This document shows, in pieces, positions 1 to 11,200 of a stretch of DNA of 64,000 nucleotides. The notes below the pieces were generated by a model that was not told where the DNA came from, searched no databases, and saw only the letters and a program-made list of their open reading frames with translations. The DNA comes from Rebecca billardiae RCC1528 (lineage: Eukaryota; Protista; Haptophyta): NCBI GenBank assembly GCA_965240325.2, contig OZ251235.1, positions 1,054,001 to 1,118,000 on the forward strand. Reading direction: 5' to 3'. Within the stretch, counting starts at the first letter, position 1. The number at the start of each line of letters is the position of its first letter. The position numbers were made by a program, and so were the translations under genes.

Positions 1-999
1 GCTTGTGCCGGCGAAGCTCGCGCGCTCGCAGGTGGTGATCGTCGCAGACCTGTCCACGCCAGAGGAGGTCGTGCGCACAGTGCGCTACTGGCTCGATGCC
101 GTGCGCGCGCGCGTCGAGGTGTGCACGCGCGAGCTGCGCAAGACGGAGGAGGGCCAGGCCGCGCTGCGCGCGCTCGAGGAGGCCGGCGTGCCGCAGAGTG
201 ACGGCGTGCGGCCCATCGGCATCCCGGTGATCATCGCGGGCAACAAATGGGACCTCTTCGAGTCGCAGTCGCAGGCGTCGACAGAGACGCTGCAGGTCAT
301 GGCCAAGACGCTGAGATATGTTGCGTACGCGAACGGCGTGTCGCTCGTGTACACGCGTGAGCGCGACAAGGTGCTGTGCGGCGCGCGGTCGTCGTGCCGC
401 GCCCGCCGCGTCCTGTGCGCATCCGAGCCGACGACATGCGGCGCTCTCGCGCGCTCCGCCGCCCACGCCCGCAGGCACTTGTGGGCGCCCTCAAGCGGCT
501 CATCTCCCAGTACGCCTTCGGCGCGGAGCCCGTGCAGACCTTCCAGACCGAGTACACGAAGGCAATGGTCGTGCCGGCCGGGAAGGACTCGCTCACGTCG
601 ATCGGGTTCCCAGAGGGGATGCAGGGAGTCACAGACCACGAGAGGCTGTTCGACGCGTGGAACCGCATGTTCCAGGTGGGCGGCGCGGCGTGCGCCGGGG
701 CGCACCAACCCATGCGCCGACGTGCCCTGGCGCTCGGCTGTGCTCACGCCTTCCGTGCGCGCTGCCCTCGCCTCCGCCACGCCACGCAGGGCTTGTTCGG
801 CCCACCGTCGGAGCAGCGTTCCGACAAGCGCGACAAGAAGCACGTCGTCGACTCCGAGGCGTATGCCGAGGAGGCGGTCGACGCGATGCGCGCGCAGAAG
901 CTCAAGGAGCAGACACAACGAGCATCCCGCCTCAAGGCAGAGGCTGCCGCCGCGGCTGCGGGCATGGCGGGCGGAGCGGCGACCAACTTCAGGACCTGA
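1..999 (+). CDS. DYNC2LI1: Cytoplasmic dynein-2 light intermediate chain (D1bLIC), 3' part; exons <1-370, 475-675, 790-999
   Basis: Motifs VIVADLS, IPVIIAGNKWDLF, KTLRYVAYANGVSLVY, VPAGKDSLTSIG and YAEEAVDAMRAQK match D2LIC. GT-AG introns at 371-474 and 676-789 join the two ORF-track frames. Confidence 0.8.
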
Positions 1000-1412
1000 C
1001 GGACATCCATGATCCAACGCCCGAATCCCGATCATCCAACCTGCCGAAATGCGGGACTCTCGCTCACGGACCAGCGTTCAACTCGACGGTTCGAATTACT
1101 AATTAGCGGCACTCGATCATCTGGTACATATATATGCACAGTCTCACTCTATCTGACTCATGGAGGCCGGGCAAGTGTGACTCAGACTCACAGTCGATCA
1201 CGGTCTGACTCTGACGTCGACACTCGGTGCGGATGACTTATCGGAGTGACGGACGGCGCGTCTGCAGCCAGCAGTCTCGCCTCTCGCCCTAATCTCGCGC
1301 CCGCCTCTCGGCGGAAGCCTGGTTAGGCGGTTTTTGTCTGGGATCCGACGGTGATCATCACCGACACGTACCGATCTGGACGATGATCAGCATCATCACG
1401 CGGCATTATTCA

Positions 1413-1414
<2 letters not shown>

Positions 1415-1481
<67 letters not shown>
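1415..1481. repeat. (TA)n microsatellite
   Basis: Uninterrupted TA run of ~66 bp. Confidence 0.98.
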
Positions 1482-1483
<2 letters not shown>

Positions 1484-1962
1484 ATCACGCGCGCCCAATA
1501 ATTTAATGCGCCTATACGAATTAATCTGCCCGCGCCCAATAATTCCAATTTTAATAAATAACGCCTCAGCAATATGACTATTGTTAAGTCTAGTAAGACT
1601 GTACAGCAGCGGCGCCTGCGGCCACTTGGCACTTCACCGAGTTGGGCTGTTGGCACGCCGGGCCACTCGGCAGTCGCCAGTCGGCTCAGCGCAGCCCGCC
1701 CACGGCCACGCGGCTGACCGGCCGCTGACGGCAGTCGGTCGCGGGTCGTAGTACAACTAATGGCCCGCGGTGCAGGGCGGAGCGCGCAGCGAGGAGCCCG
1801 CAGCGCGGGCCCTAACTTACGGGCCTAACCACGTTTCAAAAACGAGCACGAGGAGACCGAACTCCGAACTTGGACACGCCACGTGGCACCGACGCCGGCG
1901 GGGCCTTCCGGCCCTCCGGCCCGGTGGTCCGTCGCGCGCCACGCACGCCGCCTGAGGTGACC

Positions 1963-2958
1963 TCAGTGCTCCTTCAAGTGCCTCGAGCGCGGGTTCGGGC
2001 GTGCAGGCTCGGGCGTTGGCGCGTATTTATGCGCGCAGCACAGGCCGAGGCAGATCAGCACAGCTGTCAGCGAGGCCAGAAAGAGGTCCACGCAGATGGC
2101 CAGCGGCTCGGCGCGGTCAAGTATCCGCTCGAGCTCGGCGTGCGTGTGTCTACCCGGGTAGGGCACGCCGTCGACGCAGGCCGGCGCGTCCTCAGCGCTC
2201 AGGCCGAGGAAGGCGCACAGCGGGCCAAGCCCATCCGCCGGCCGATGCACGAGCAGCTGCGCACTGGGCACAGCTGTCTGCACGTGCTCCACCCAGCGCT
2301 CGTGGGCCGTTGCCAGGGCACCGAGCTCGGGCGGCGTCAACGCGGGCCCGCGCGGAGCGCCTAGCGTCGACCACATGAAGGGATCGAGCACGCGCCAGAG
2401 AAAGAAGAGCTCTCTGGCCAACTGCCACGGCCGTCGCTTCAGAACGGGCGCGATTCGCAGCGTCGTGGCCGTCACATCACGCGCCCACGACTCGGCTGAG
2501 TCGGGGATGGTAAGGATGACGCGGGCGTCAGGGTAGCGCCCCAGCGCGTCCTCGAGCATGAGAGACGCCGGGAGGCCGACCGTGGCGTTGAAGCCCGCGC
2601 CAGCCAGCGTGTCGAACAGGTGGGTGCGCGCATGCTCGCGCATGGTCGCGTTGTCCAGCTCCCTGGCGTGGGCGAGCGTGGACCAGCCGCGGATGTGGCC
2701 GCTCTCGAAGACATTGCGGAGCGTGTACGGCCGGAAGCCGAGCAGCACCAGCGCCTCCTCGAGCTCGCTCCCGAGCGCGTGCTCCAAGCCTGCGCCGATC
2801 ACGCGCAACGGCTGGATCGGCTCAGCCCGCGCAGACACTGGTGGGAAGGAGGCTCTCCACAGGAGGCCGAAGATGTCCGTCTCCGCGTGCAGTGCCGCTG
2901 TCGCGCTCGCCAGGCGCAGCACCCACAGCATCAGCGACGCCGTGCGTCGCGGGTGCAT
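1963..2958 (-). CDS. Sulfotransferase_4-family P-loop protein with signal peptide and C-terminal TM helix
   Basis: LRVIGAGL..G.SEL.EAL..LGF, YPDARVILT..DSAESW, H..WV...VPSAQLLV and GLGPLCAFLG fit the family. Hydrophobic N- and C-termini. ATG at 2958 is preferred over the upstream ORF-track start. Confidence 0.75.
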   Translation of the reverse strand: MHPRRTASLMLWVLRLASATAALHAETDIFGLLWRASFPPVSARAEPIQPLRVIGAGLEHALGSELEEALVLLGFRPYTLRNVFESGHIRGWSTLAHARELDNATMREHARTHLFDTLAGAGFNATVGLPASLMLEDALGRYPDARVILTIPDSAESWARDVTATTLRIAPVLKRRPWQLARELFFLWRVLDPFMWSTLGAPRGPALTPPELGALATAHERWVEHVQTAVPSAQLLVHRPADGLGPLCAFLGLSAEDAPACVDGVPYPGRHTHAELERILDRAEPLAICVDLFLASLTAVLICLGLCCAHKYAPTPEPARPNPRSRHLKEH

Positions 2959-3308
2959 CCTCGCGACGGTTGGAGCGCGGACGCGGCGCTTGGCCACGCG
3001 TGCGACTTCTCGCCCGCGCCAAAGCCGGCTTGCCGCTCGGGATGGCGCCTTGGCCGCTTGGCGCTTGCGAGCGGCTTTGAGCTTGCGCTTGGCGAGCGCC
3101 GGAACCGCGGAAGCTTTCGTCAGGTTTCTGACCAGCAACCTGGGTTCGTGCCACCGGTGTCCCGCTGCGCGCCGCCGGCACAAGCGCGAAAAGCATCCAG
3201 GGCGTCGGAGTGGCGTAGTCTGCGCGCTCGGTCGGCGGAGGCCGTGGGCCGGACCGCGGCGAGCGTGGGGCTTGGGGCGCGCGTTAGACACCCTCGTGCC
3301 CTCGCGGC

Positions 3309-4271
3309 ATGTTCAACCTTGTCCGCATGCACGACATCGTCAAGATTCAGCCGTCCGAGTTCAGCAAGGATGTGCATGACGCGATCGTCGAGGCGATCAA
3401 CTGCAAGTACACAAACAAGGTGGTGCTGGAGACCGGGCTGTGCATGCAGCTGTACGACGTGCTCAGCATCGGTGACGTGTACCTCTACCCGGGGAGCGCG
3501 GCCCGGCACGTCGAGGTCAGATTCCGCCTGCTCGTCTTCCGACCGTTTGTTGGCGAAGTGGTCCTTGGCACGGTGCTGGGCACGTCCAAGCAGGGAGTGA
3601 CGGTGTCGCTGGGCTTCTTCGAGGACGTGTTGATCCCGATCGAGCTGATGTGGCCCACCGTCGAGTGGGACGACGTGGAGAAGACGCTGTGCTGGAAGAA
3701 CGAGCTCGGCGACTTTTACATCGACACGGGCGAGCACGTTCGGTTCCGCGTTGCCGAGATCGTGTATAATGGCTCGACCACGTTCGCGGAGCGGCCGGGC
3801 AGCAGCGTGGCGAACTGCGGGGGCATGGGGGCGGGTGTGCTCGGCCCCGGGGTGCCGGGATGCTCGGGGGCGGCCTCGGCCGCGGGGGCTGGCAGCAGCG
3901 CGCTCGCGGGCGGCGCGGGCCAGGCGGGGTCTGCGGGCGCAGCACATGGCGCGCGCGGGGCGGCAGGCGCTGCGCCGTCTCAACAGCAGGCTGGCGCTTT
4001 CGGCTCGGCGGCAAAGGCAGCCGCGAGCTTGGCGGGTGGGCTCGTAGGCATGCCCGGCGGCGCGCCGCATGGCCTGGGTAGGCAGCAGCCCATGGGTGGC
4101 CCGAGGGCGGCGCCGTTCAGCGCGGCGGAAGCGGCGCCATACCGGCCGCCGATGGCGCTCAAGGGCGCGATGAACGAGGACGGGCTTGGGCTGTTGTCGT
4201 GGTGGCCGGGCGAGGACAGCAACAGCGACGGCGCCAACCCCGGTGAGGGCTTCGACGACGATGCGGCGTAA
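3309..4271 (+). CDS. POLR3H: RNA polymerase III subunit RPC8/RPC25 with a long Gly/Ala-rich insertion
   Basis: KYTNKVVLETGLC, FRLLVFRPFVGEV, SLGFFEDVLIP, and the C-terminal NEDGLGLLSWW signature of RPC25. Confidence 0.92.
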   Translation: MFNLVRMHDIVKIQPSEFSKDVHDAIVEAINCKYTNKVVLETGLCMQLYDVLSIGDVYLYPGSAARHVEVRFRLLVFRPFVGEVVLGTVLGTSKQGVTVSLGFFEDVLIPIELMWPTVEWDDVEKTLCWKNELGDFYIDTGEHVRFRVAEIVYNGSTTFAERPGSSVANCGGMGAGVLGPGVPGCSGAASAAGAGSSALAGGAGQAGSAGAAHGARGAAGAAPSQQQAGAFGSAAKAAASLAGGLVGMPGGAPHGLGRQQPMGGPRAAPFSAAEAAPYRPPMALKGAMNEDGLGLLSWWPGEDSNSDGANPGEGFDDDAA

Positions 4272-5258
4272 GTGGTTCAAGCCACGCGGTTCGATCCGGT
4301 TCGGGCGATTAGCGGCGGGCCGCGCGCGGGGCGCCCCGCTGCCACTACAGCAAGTACGGCAGGCGCGGCGCCGCGCGGGCCACGCCCGCGCGCGCAGCAT
4401 CGCAGTCTCAGTTCTTCGCGACGACTATACTGCCACGGCGGCACGATCGTCGTCATCGGCATCATCATCATCATATGACGAGTGATGCCATCATCAGCAT
4501 CAGCAGCGCATGTATGATGCTGATTAATAGCGAGACGAGCAGAATATTCTGCATCAGCACTCGTCAGCAGACAGCAGATGCTGATGACGCGGAATTCGTC
4601 TTATAAATTCAATCAATAGTCATGCATAGTGTACAGCAGACACTGGCGCCGAGTCGGGCGGCGAGTGCCGCGTATATCGCCATCGGTACAGCACAGTGAC
4701 GCCGCAGCCCGGCAGGCAGCGCAGGCCTGACGGACAGCCGACAGGCGACAGGCCGGCATACGGTGCTTCGCTGGCTACTCGAGCAGTCCAGCGGCAGCCT
4801 CCGGGCGGCTCGCCTCCGGGCGTAGACGGATGCCCGCCTGCTTGGTCTTGGAGTGCGGGGCCGGCCGGATGATGACGCAACGATACATCGACGCAACACG
4901 TGTCACGTGCATGGAAGTGGACGCCGCCAAGGGCGAGCAGTCGCTGGTGGTCCGCAAAGTGCCAATGGCGATGGTCATGGACGCGCCACAATCAAGGTGA
5001 TGACGCCGCCAAGGGGATGTGAGCCGGGCAGGTATGGCGGTCCGCCCACCCGTCGCCAGGATAGAGTACAGAGCCCATGACGCAGGCTCAGCGTCGCAGT
5101 GCTAGCGACTGCGCGCCTCGCGGCGGTGCAGGAGACGCACACGCCGCACGCGCGGCCGCGCGCTGCGGCTGCGGTGGTATACATCGCACGCGACAAGCGC
5201 GGATGGTGCGCGGGCGGGCGGGCGGGCGGGCGGGTTGGGCCGGGCCGCGCCGCGCGGC

Positions 5259-8200
5259 CTACTCGGCCGCGCGCTCGGCAGCCCCCGCCTCGCCCTTCTC
5301 GGCGAGCACGGCGCGGAGCTGCGCGCTGAGGCTGCCGAGCGTCGCGTTGGGCGAGGTGAACGCCGAGAGGGGCACACCCACGCTGAACTCCTTTTGGAAC
5401 GTCGAGCGCATCTGCACGACGTCGAGCGAGTCGAGGCCGAGCTCGGCGAGAGATGCGTGCGCGAGCGGCTCCCCTGGGATGAAGCGCTCGAAGAAGGCGG
5501 CGAGCTTCGCGCCGCTCGGCGAGGCGTCGGCGTCGGCGGGCGCGGCGGGCGGCACGGCGCGGGCGCGCGAGCCGCCCGCCGCCTCATCGGAGCTGCCCAC
5601 CTCCGAGCCGCCATCCGTGCCGTCGTCCGCGTCCGTCTCCGCGCCGTCGGCGTCGGCCGCATCCTCCGACTCCGACGCGCCGAGCAGCTGCGCGCGGCTG
5701 AGCGCGCTGAGCGCGGAGTGGCCGTCCCAGACAGAGCGCTTCCACGAGACGTCGGCGACTGCGTACTGCGGCCGAGGCAGCAGGCGCGCGAGCGCCGCGC
5801 CGCCCGGCGCGGGCGGCTCGGCCGCGCTGCCCAGCTGCGAGCGCACATCCTCCAGAATGTCGGACAGGGCGCGCAGCGCGAGCGCGGTCGGTAGCGGGGT
5901 CTCGCCGCCCGCGACGGCCATGTCGTGCGCCTTGGTGCCCGCCGCGGCCATGCCCACCTCCGCCCACGGGCCCCAGTTGACCGCAACCAGCGCGGGTGGG
6001 GCGGGGGATGAGCCCTCCTCCTCCTCCTCCTCCTCCTCCGCCTCCGCCTCCGCCTCCGCCTCCGCCTCCGCCGCGTCCGCCGCCTCGCGTGCCTCTCCGG
6101 CCGCGCACGGCAGCGCGGCCTCCGGCGCGTGGGCAAGACGCGCGGGCCACGTGGCGGCGTGGTCGAGCAGCGCGTTCGCGGCGCAGTAGTTGGCCTGGCC
6201 GCCAAAGCCGAGCAGAGAGGACGTGGAGCTGAAGACAAGCGCCCACTCCGTGCGCCACCGCCGCGCTCGGCACAGCTGCAGCAGCGGCAGCAGCGCAGCT
6301 TTCGGGCCGAGCGGCGTGTCGAAGGCGGCCTCGGAGCCCATCCGACTGATCGCGCCGTCGGCGAGCGCTCCGGCGAGGTGTAAGATGCCGTCCACTCTGC
6401 GCAGCGAGCGGAGCTGCGCGCACGCGAGCAGGCCCTGCACGCTACCCATGTCGGGCGCCACGAGCACGCGCGCGCCGAGCGGGTGCGCGCCGCCGCCCTC
6501 GAGCGGCCGGCGCGAGAGGACGAGCACGCGCCGCGGCGCCACGCCACACGTCTGGATGAGCCAGCGCACGACCTCGCGGCCGATGCCGCCCGTCCCGCCG
6601 GTGACGAGGTACGTGCCGCGCGCGGCGTCGATGAGCGATGGCGGCGCGAGCGTGCCGCGCCCAGCCGCGGGCGCGGGCGCGGGGCCTGGCGGGCTGCTGA
6701 GCGGCTGCGAGCGCAGCCGGAGCGCCGACGCGCGCAGCCGCCGGCCGGCCGCCACCTGCAGCACCGTGTCTGACTCGCGCTCGCACGCGCCGCCCAGCGC
6801 GACGCGCAGCGCGCGCAGCGCGGCGGGCGGCGCAGCACTGTCTGCGGGCGCGCCCAGCCACGACGGCGCGCCAGCCGTGCGGACCAGCACGCGCCGCAGA
6901 GAGAGGTCCGGGTACTCAAAGGGGAGCGCCTTGGACGCGCCGAGGGCCAGGGCGCCGTCGGCGCCCGCGGAGCCGATGAGCACGAGCCGGCCGGACGCGT
7001 CCGCGTCGATCAGCGCGCGCAGCGTGCGCATCAGCTGCCATGCCTGCGCGCGCTGCCACGCCAGCCAGCTCACGTCGCCCGGCGCGCCCGCGCTCGGCGG
7101 CGGCGGCGCGCGCCGCAGGAGCAGCTCGCCGCGCGTGCGCAGCGCGTCCAGCTGCGCGCTGCCGACGGGGCTGGGCTCGGCGGCGCCCGGCGCGACGGCG
7201 GCGCCCTCGGCCGCCGCCGAGAGACTGTGCTCAGCCTCGGCCGCGCCCACGACCACTGACAGACGCCAGGCCTGCGCGGCCGCCTCTTCAGTGGCGCCCG
7301 CGCCGTCGGCCGTCGGCTCCCAGCGCACGGCGAAGAGCGGGTTGGGCTCGGCGCGCGGCGGCGCGCCGCCTGCGCGCTGCGGCGGCGCGCCCGCGCCGTC
7401 CGCATGCGGACGCAGCGCGTCCGCGAGCGCGCGCGTCAGCGCGCCCGCCTCCGCCTCCATGAAGCCATGGCCGCCACCAAAGCAGAGGGTGCGCATGCGA
7501 GCGCCGCTCGGCTCATCGCACGCGCGCCGCCACGCGGGCGCGTCGGCCGGCGCGAAGGCCGCGTCGGCGACGCCGCACGCGACGACGAGCTCCACAGGCA
7601 ACGCCCACGCCGCGCCCGCGCCCGCCTCGCCGCCCGCCGCCGCGCCCGCGAGCGCGCGCCGCACGCGCGCCTCGTTCCGCGCATCAAACCCGAGGTCTGA
7701 TTCCAGCATCGGCTCAAAGTAGCTCGCCCACGCCTCCGACGCTCGGGCCTCGGGGGAGGCGAGCGAGTAGGTGGCGACGGCCTCGCGCACGTCGACGGGC
7801 GCGGGCAGCGCGTCCGCCGCGGGCTCGGCGGGCGGCGCGCGCCCGGCGAAGAGGCACAGCACCAGAGGCCCGGACTCGGGCAGCGGCGGCGGCGCGGCGC
7901 CGCCGTCGGCGACCGCCGCGCCGGCCGCGCCGGCCGCGCCGGCCGGTTCGCCCCGCTGCAGGAGCGAGCGCGCGAGCTGCCAGCAGATGAGCGCGCCCAT
8001 GCTGAGCCCGACGAGCGCGCACGGCAGCGGCGAGGCGCGCTGCAGAGCGCGCACCGCACCCGCCAGCCCCGCCAGCTCGGCCTCATCCGCGCCGCCGTCG
8101 TCGGCGAGCGGCGGCGCGTCCGCGCGCGCGCCGCGCGCTGGCAGCTCGAGCGCGATCACCTCGAGCCACGGGGGCGCGGCGGCGGCCCAGGGGGCGAAGG

Positions 8201-11200
8201 CGGCGGAGGAGCCGCCGGCGTACGGCGCGCAGTACGCGCGCGCGCGCGCGCGCCCCGCGCGCGCGCTCGGCGTGAGCCGGACGAGGCAGCTCGGCAGCTC
8301 GGCCGCGGCCGCGGCGGCGCGCCGCGCGCGCCGGCTCGCGCCGCGCGCGCGCGCGCGCGCGTCAGCCGAGCCGCGCGCGCGCGCGCGCGCGCCCGCCGGC
8401 TGGTGCTGCGTGGCGAGAGCGGACGGCGGGCGCTCGGAGCCGGCGACGTAGACCGACGCGCCCGCGTGCTTCCAGTGCGTCACGCGCTCGAACGCGTACG
8501 TCGGCAGCGGCACGCGCCGCGCGGGCGGCAGCGCCGCGTGCGCTCGCTGCACGTCCGAGTGGAGCGCGGACCAGCCGACCGGCACGCCGAGCGTCCAGAG
8601 CTGCGCGAGGAGCGCGGCGAAGACGGCGCCGTCCGTGTCCGCGGAGGCGGGGCGGCGGATGGACTGCTTGAGCGAGGGCGCGGGCAGCCCCTCCGTCGCG
8701 CAGCACTTGGCGATCAGCGTGCTCAGCGTCGAGCCGGGACCGACCTCAAGCACCAGCGAGGGCCGCCACGCCATCAGAGACTTGACGTTGTGCTCCCAGC
8801 GCACGGCCGAGCGCATGTGCCGCGCCCAGTACGAGCGGGGCTCGTCCTTCGCGCACGTGCTCTCGGCACCGCCGCCGCCGCCGCCGCCGCCCGCGGCAGA
8901 CGCCGGCGCCAGGTCCGCCTCGGTGAGCCAGCCGCCCGTGACGTTGGACACAAGCGGCACGCGCGGCGCGCGCGTCGGCAGCGTGGCAGCGGCGCCCTCC
9001 AGCGCATCGCAGGCGCGCGCCATCAGCCGCGAGTGGAAGGCGTGCGAGACGTGGAGCAGCGCGCAGCGCAGGCGCGCGGGCTCCGCCGCCGCCGACGCGC
9101 CGCCGCCGCCGCCGCCGCCGCTCGCGTCAGCATGCGTCGTCGGCGGCGTCGGCGTCGGCGGCGGCGGCGGAGCCGGCGCGCCCACCGGCTCCGCCGCCGC
9201 CGCGGCGCGCGCCGGCAGGGGCGCCGGATCGGCGGCGATGGGCAGTCCGGGCTCTGCGCTCGCGGGCGGCGAGGCGCAGGCGACCGAGCCGGCCTCGTCG
9301 CTGGAAGAGGAGGGGACGGAGGAGGTCTCGCGCGTCGACGTCGACGCGGCCCCCTCCGCCTCCCAGCGGCGGTCGGCGGCCCAAGTTGGAGGCGAAGGCG
9401 GCGTGCGGCGCGCGGCGGCCGACGCGGCCGCCGCGGCCGCCGCGGCCGGCTCGGCGGCGCGCGCGCGCAGCGGCCGGGGTGCGTCGGCGTCGTCGGAGGG
9501 CGCAGGCGAGGCGGCTGGCGAGGCGGACGTCCCGAGCGTCGAGCCCTCGAGTCCCTCGAGCACACCCTTCAGCCGCGTGAGCGCGCCGAGCGAGCCGGCC
9601 ACCACCGTGTGCCGCGGTGAGTTGAACGCCGCGACATCCAGCTCGGACTCGAGGCCGAGCGCTCGGAGTGTTGCCTCCATCCACGCGCCGTCGACGCCGG
9701 TGACAGAGAGCATGCCGCCCACGCCCGCCGGCATGTGCAGCTCGGTCGCCAGCGCGCGCGCCGCCACCAGCCGCAGCGCCTCGCTCAGCTCGAGCACGCC
9801 GGAGAGCGTGGCGGCGACATACTCGCCGATCGAGTGGCCGCCGAGCGCGGACGGGTGCACGCCGCACGCGAGTAGCGTCTTGGCCATGGCGTACTCGGTG
9901 ACGAAGAGCGCGGGCTGCGTGACGGTGGGCCTGGCGAACGCCGCGTCCAGCTCCGCCTGCGACACGCCGCGCGCGCCCTCGTGTGCCGCGTACATGTGCG
10001 CGCGCACGTCGAAGCCGAGCAGCGGGCGCAGTGCATCGGCGCACTCATCGACGGCCGCACGAAACGTGACCGAGGTTGAGTAGAGGCCTGCACCCATGTT
10101 GTGGTACTGCGAGCCCTGGCCGGGGAAGACAAAGACGACGGACTGCGACGAGGAGCGGTTCCCCAGCGGCGCGGTGCTCGGCGGCGCGGGCTGCGCCGGC
10201 GCGGGCAGCGGGCTCGCGCGGAGCACCTCAGCGCCCGCGCCTCCGCCAGACTCTGTGAGCGCGGCGCGCAGCGCGCGCGCCGCCTCGCGCCAGCTGCCGT
10301 CGGCGACGACGACGGCGAGGCGCTCGGCGTGGTGCGTGCGTCCCGTCTGCAGCGTGAACGCCGCGTCGGCGAGCAGCGCCGGCGGCAGCTCCGACCCGTC
10401 CGCCGTGTCCGCGCGCTCGGCGTCCGCCGCGTCCGCGAGCCGCGCGGCGTGCGCGCAGATCCGCGCCGCCGTCTGCCGCAGCGACCAACTCGTCTTGGCC
10501 GAGATCGGCAGGATGCTCGGGAGCTGCGGCGGCGGCGCGGCGGGCGGCGGCGCGGCGGTGCCTCCGCTCGTCGCCTCCGTCGGCGGGCCCTCCGCGCCGC
10601 CGCCCGCCGCGCCGGCCTGCGGCAGCTTCGAGCCGAGCGACGCCGCGCGCCCGCCCGCATACGGCGCGTGGCCGGAGACGGAAGACTGCCTGTCGTCGTC
10701 GGCGACCGTCGACCCTCCGACCGTCGAGCCGCCGGAGGACATCCAAGAGCCGTGCGCGACGGTGGGGCCGGCGGAGAGCGCGGCGGACGAGAAGGCCGCG
10801 GTCGAGCGCGTCTCCTCGCGCTCGAGCTCGTCCGCCGCGCTCGCCGCCGCGCTGCGCTCGCGGAAGGACGGGTGGCGGCGCACAGGCCAGCGCGACGGCG
10901 TGCGTGCCGAGCCGGCGCCAGGCGGCCGGCGGCGCGCGCTCAGCTCGAGGTCCGCGGCCGGGGCGGCGGCGTGCGTGGCGCGCTCGTCAGCCTCGGGCTC
11001 TTCCTCGCCCGCGGCCGGCGCGTTCGGGCTGGGCGCCTCCTCCAGCACCAGGTGGCAGTTCGTCCCGCCGATGCCGAACGACGAGACGCCCGCGCGGAGC
11101 ACGCCGCCCGCGGCCGCGGCGGCCGGGGCCCACGGCACCAACGCGTTCGCCACCCAGAATGGCGAGCGCTCGAGCTCGATGCGCGGGTTGAGCCGGCGGT

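Noticed and set aside
4500-5200. Short ORFs between RPC25 and the megasynthase as a cluster gene
   Set aside because: No consistent frame, motif or splice pattern found.
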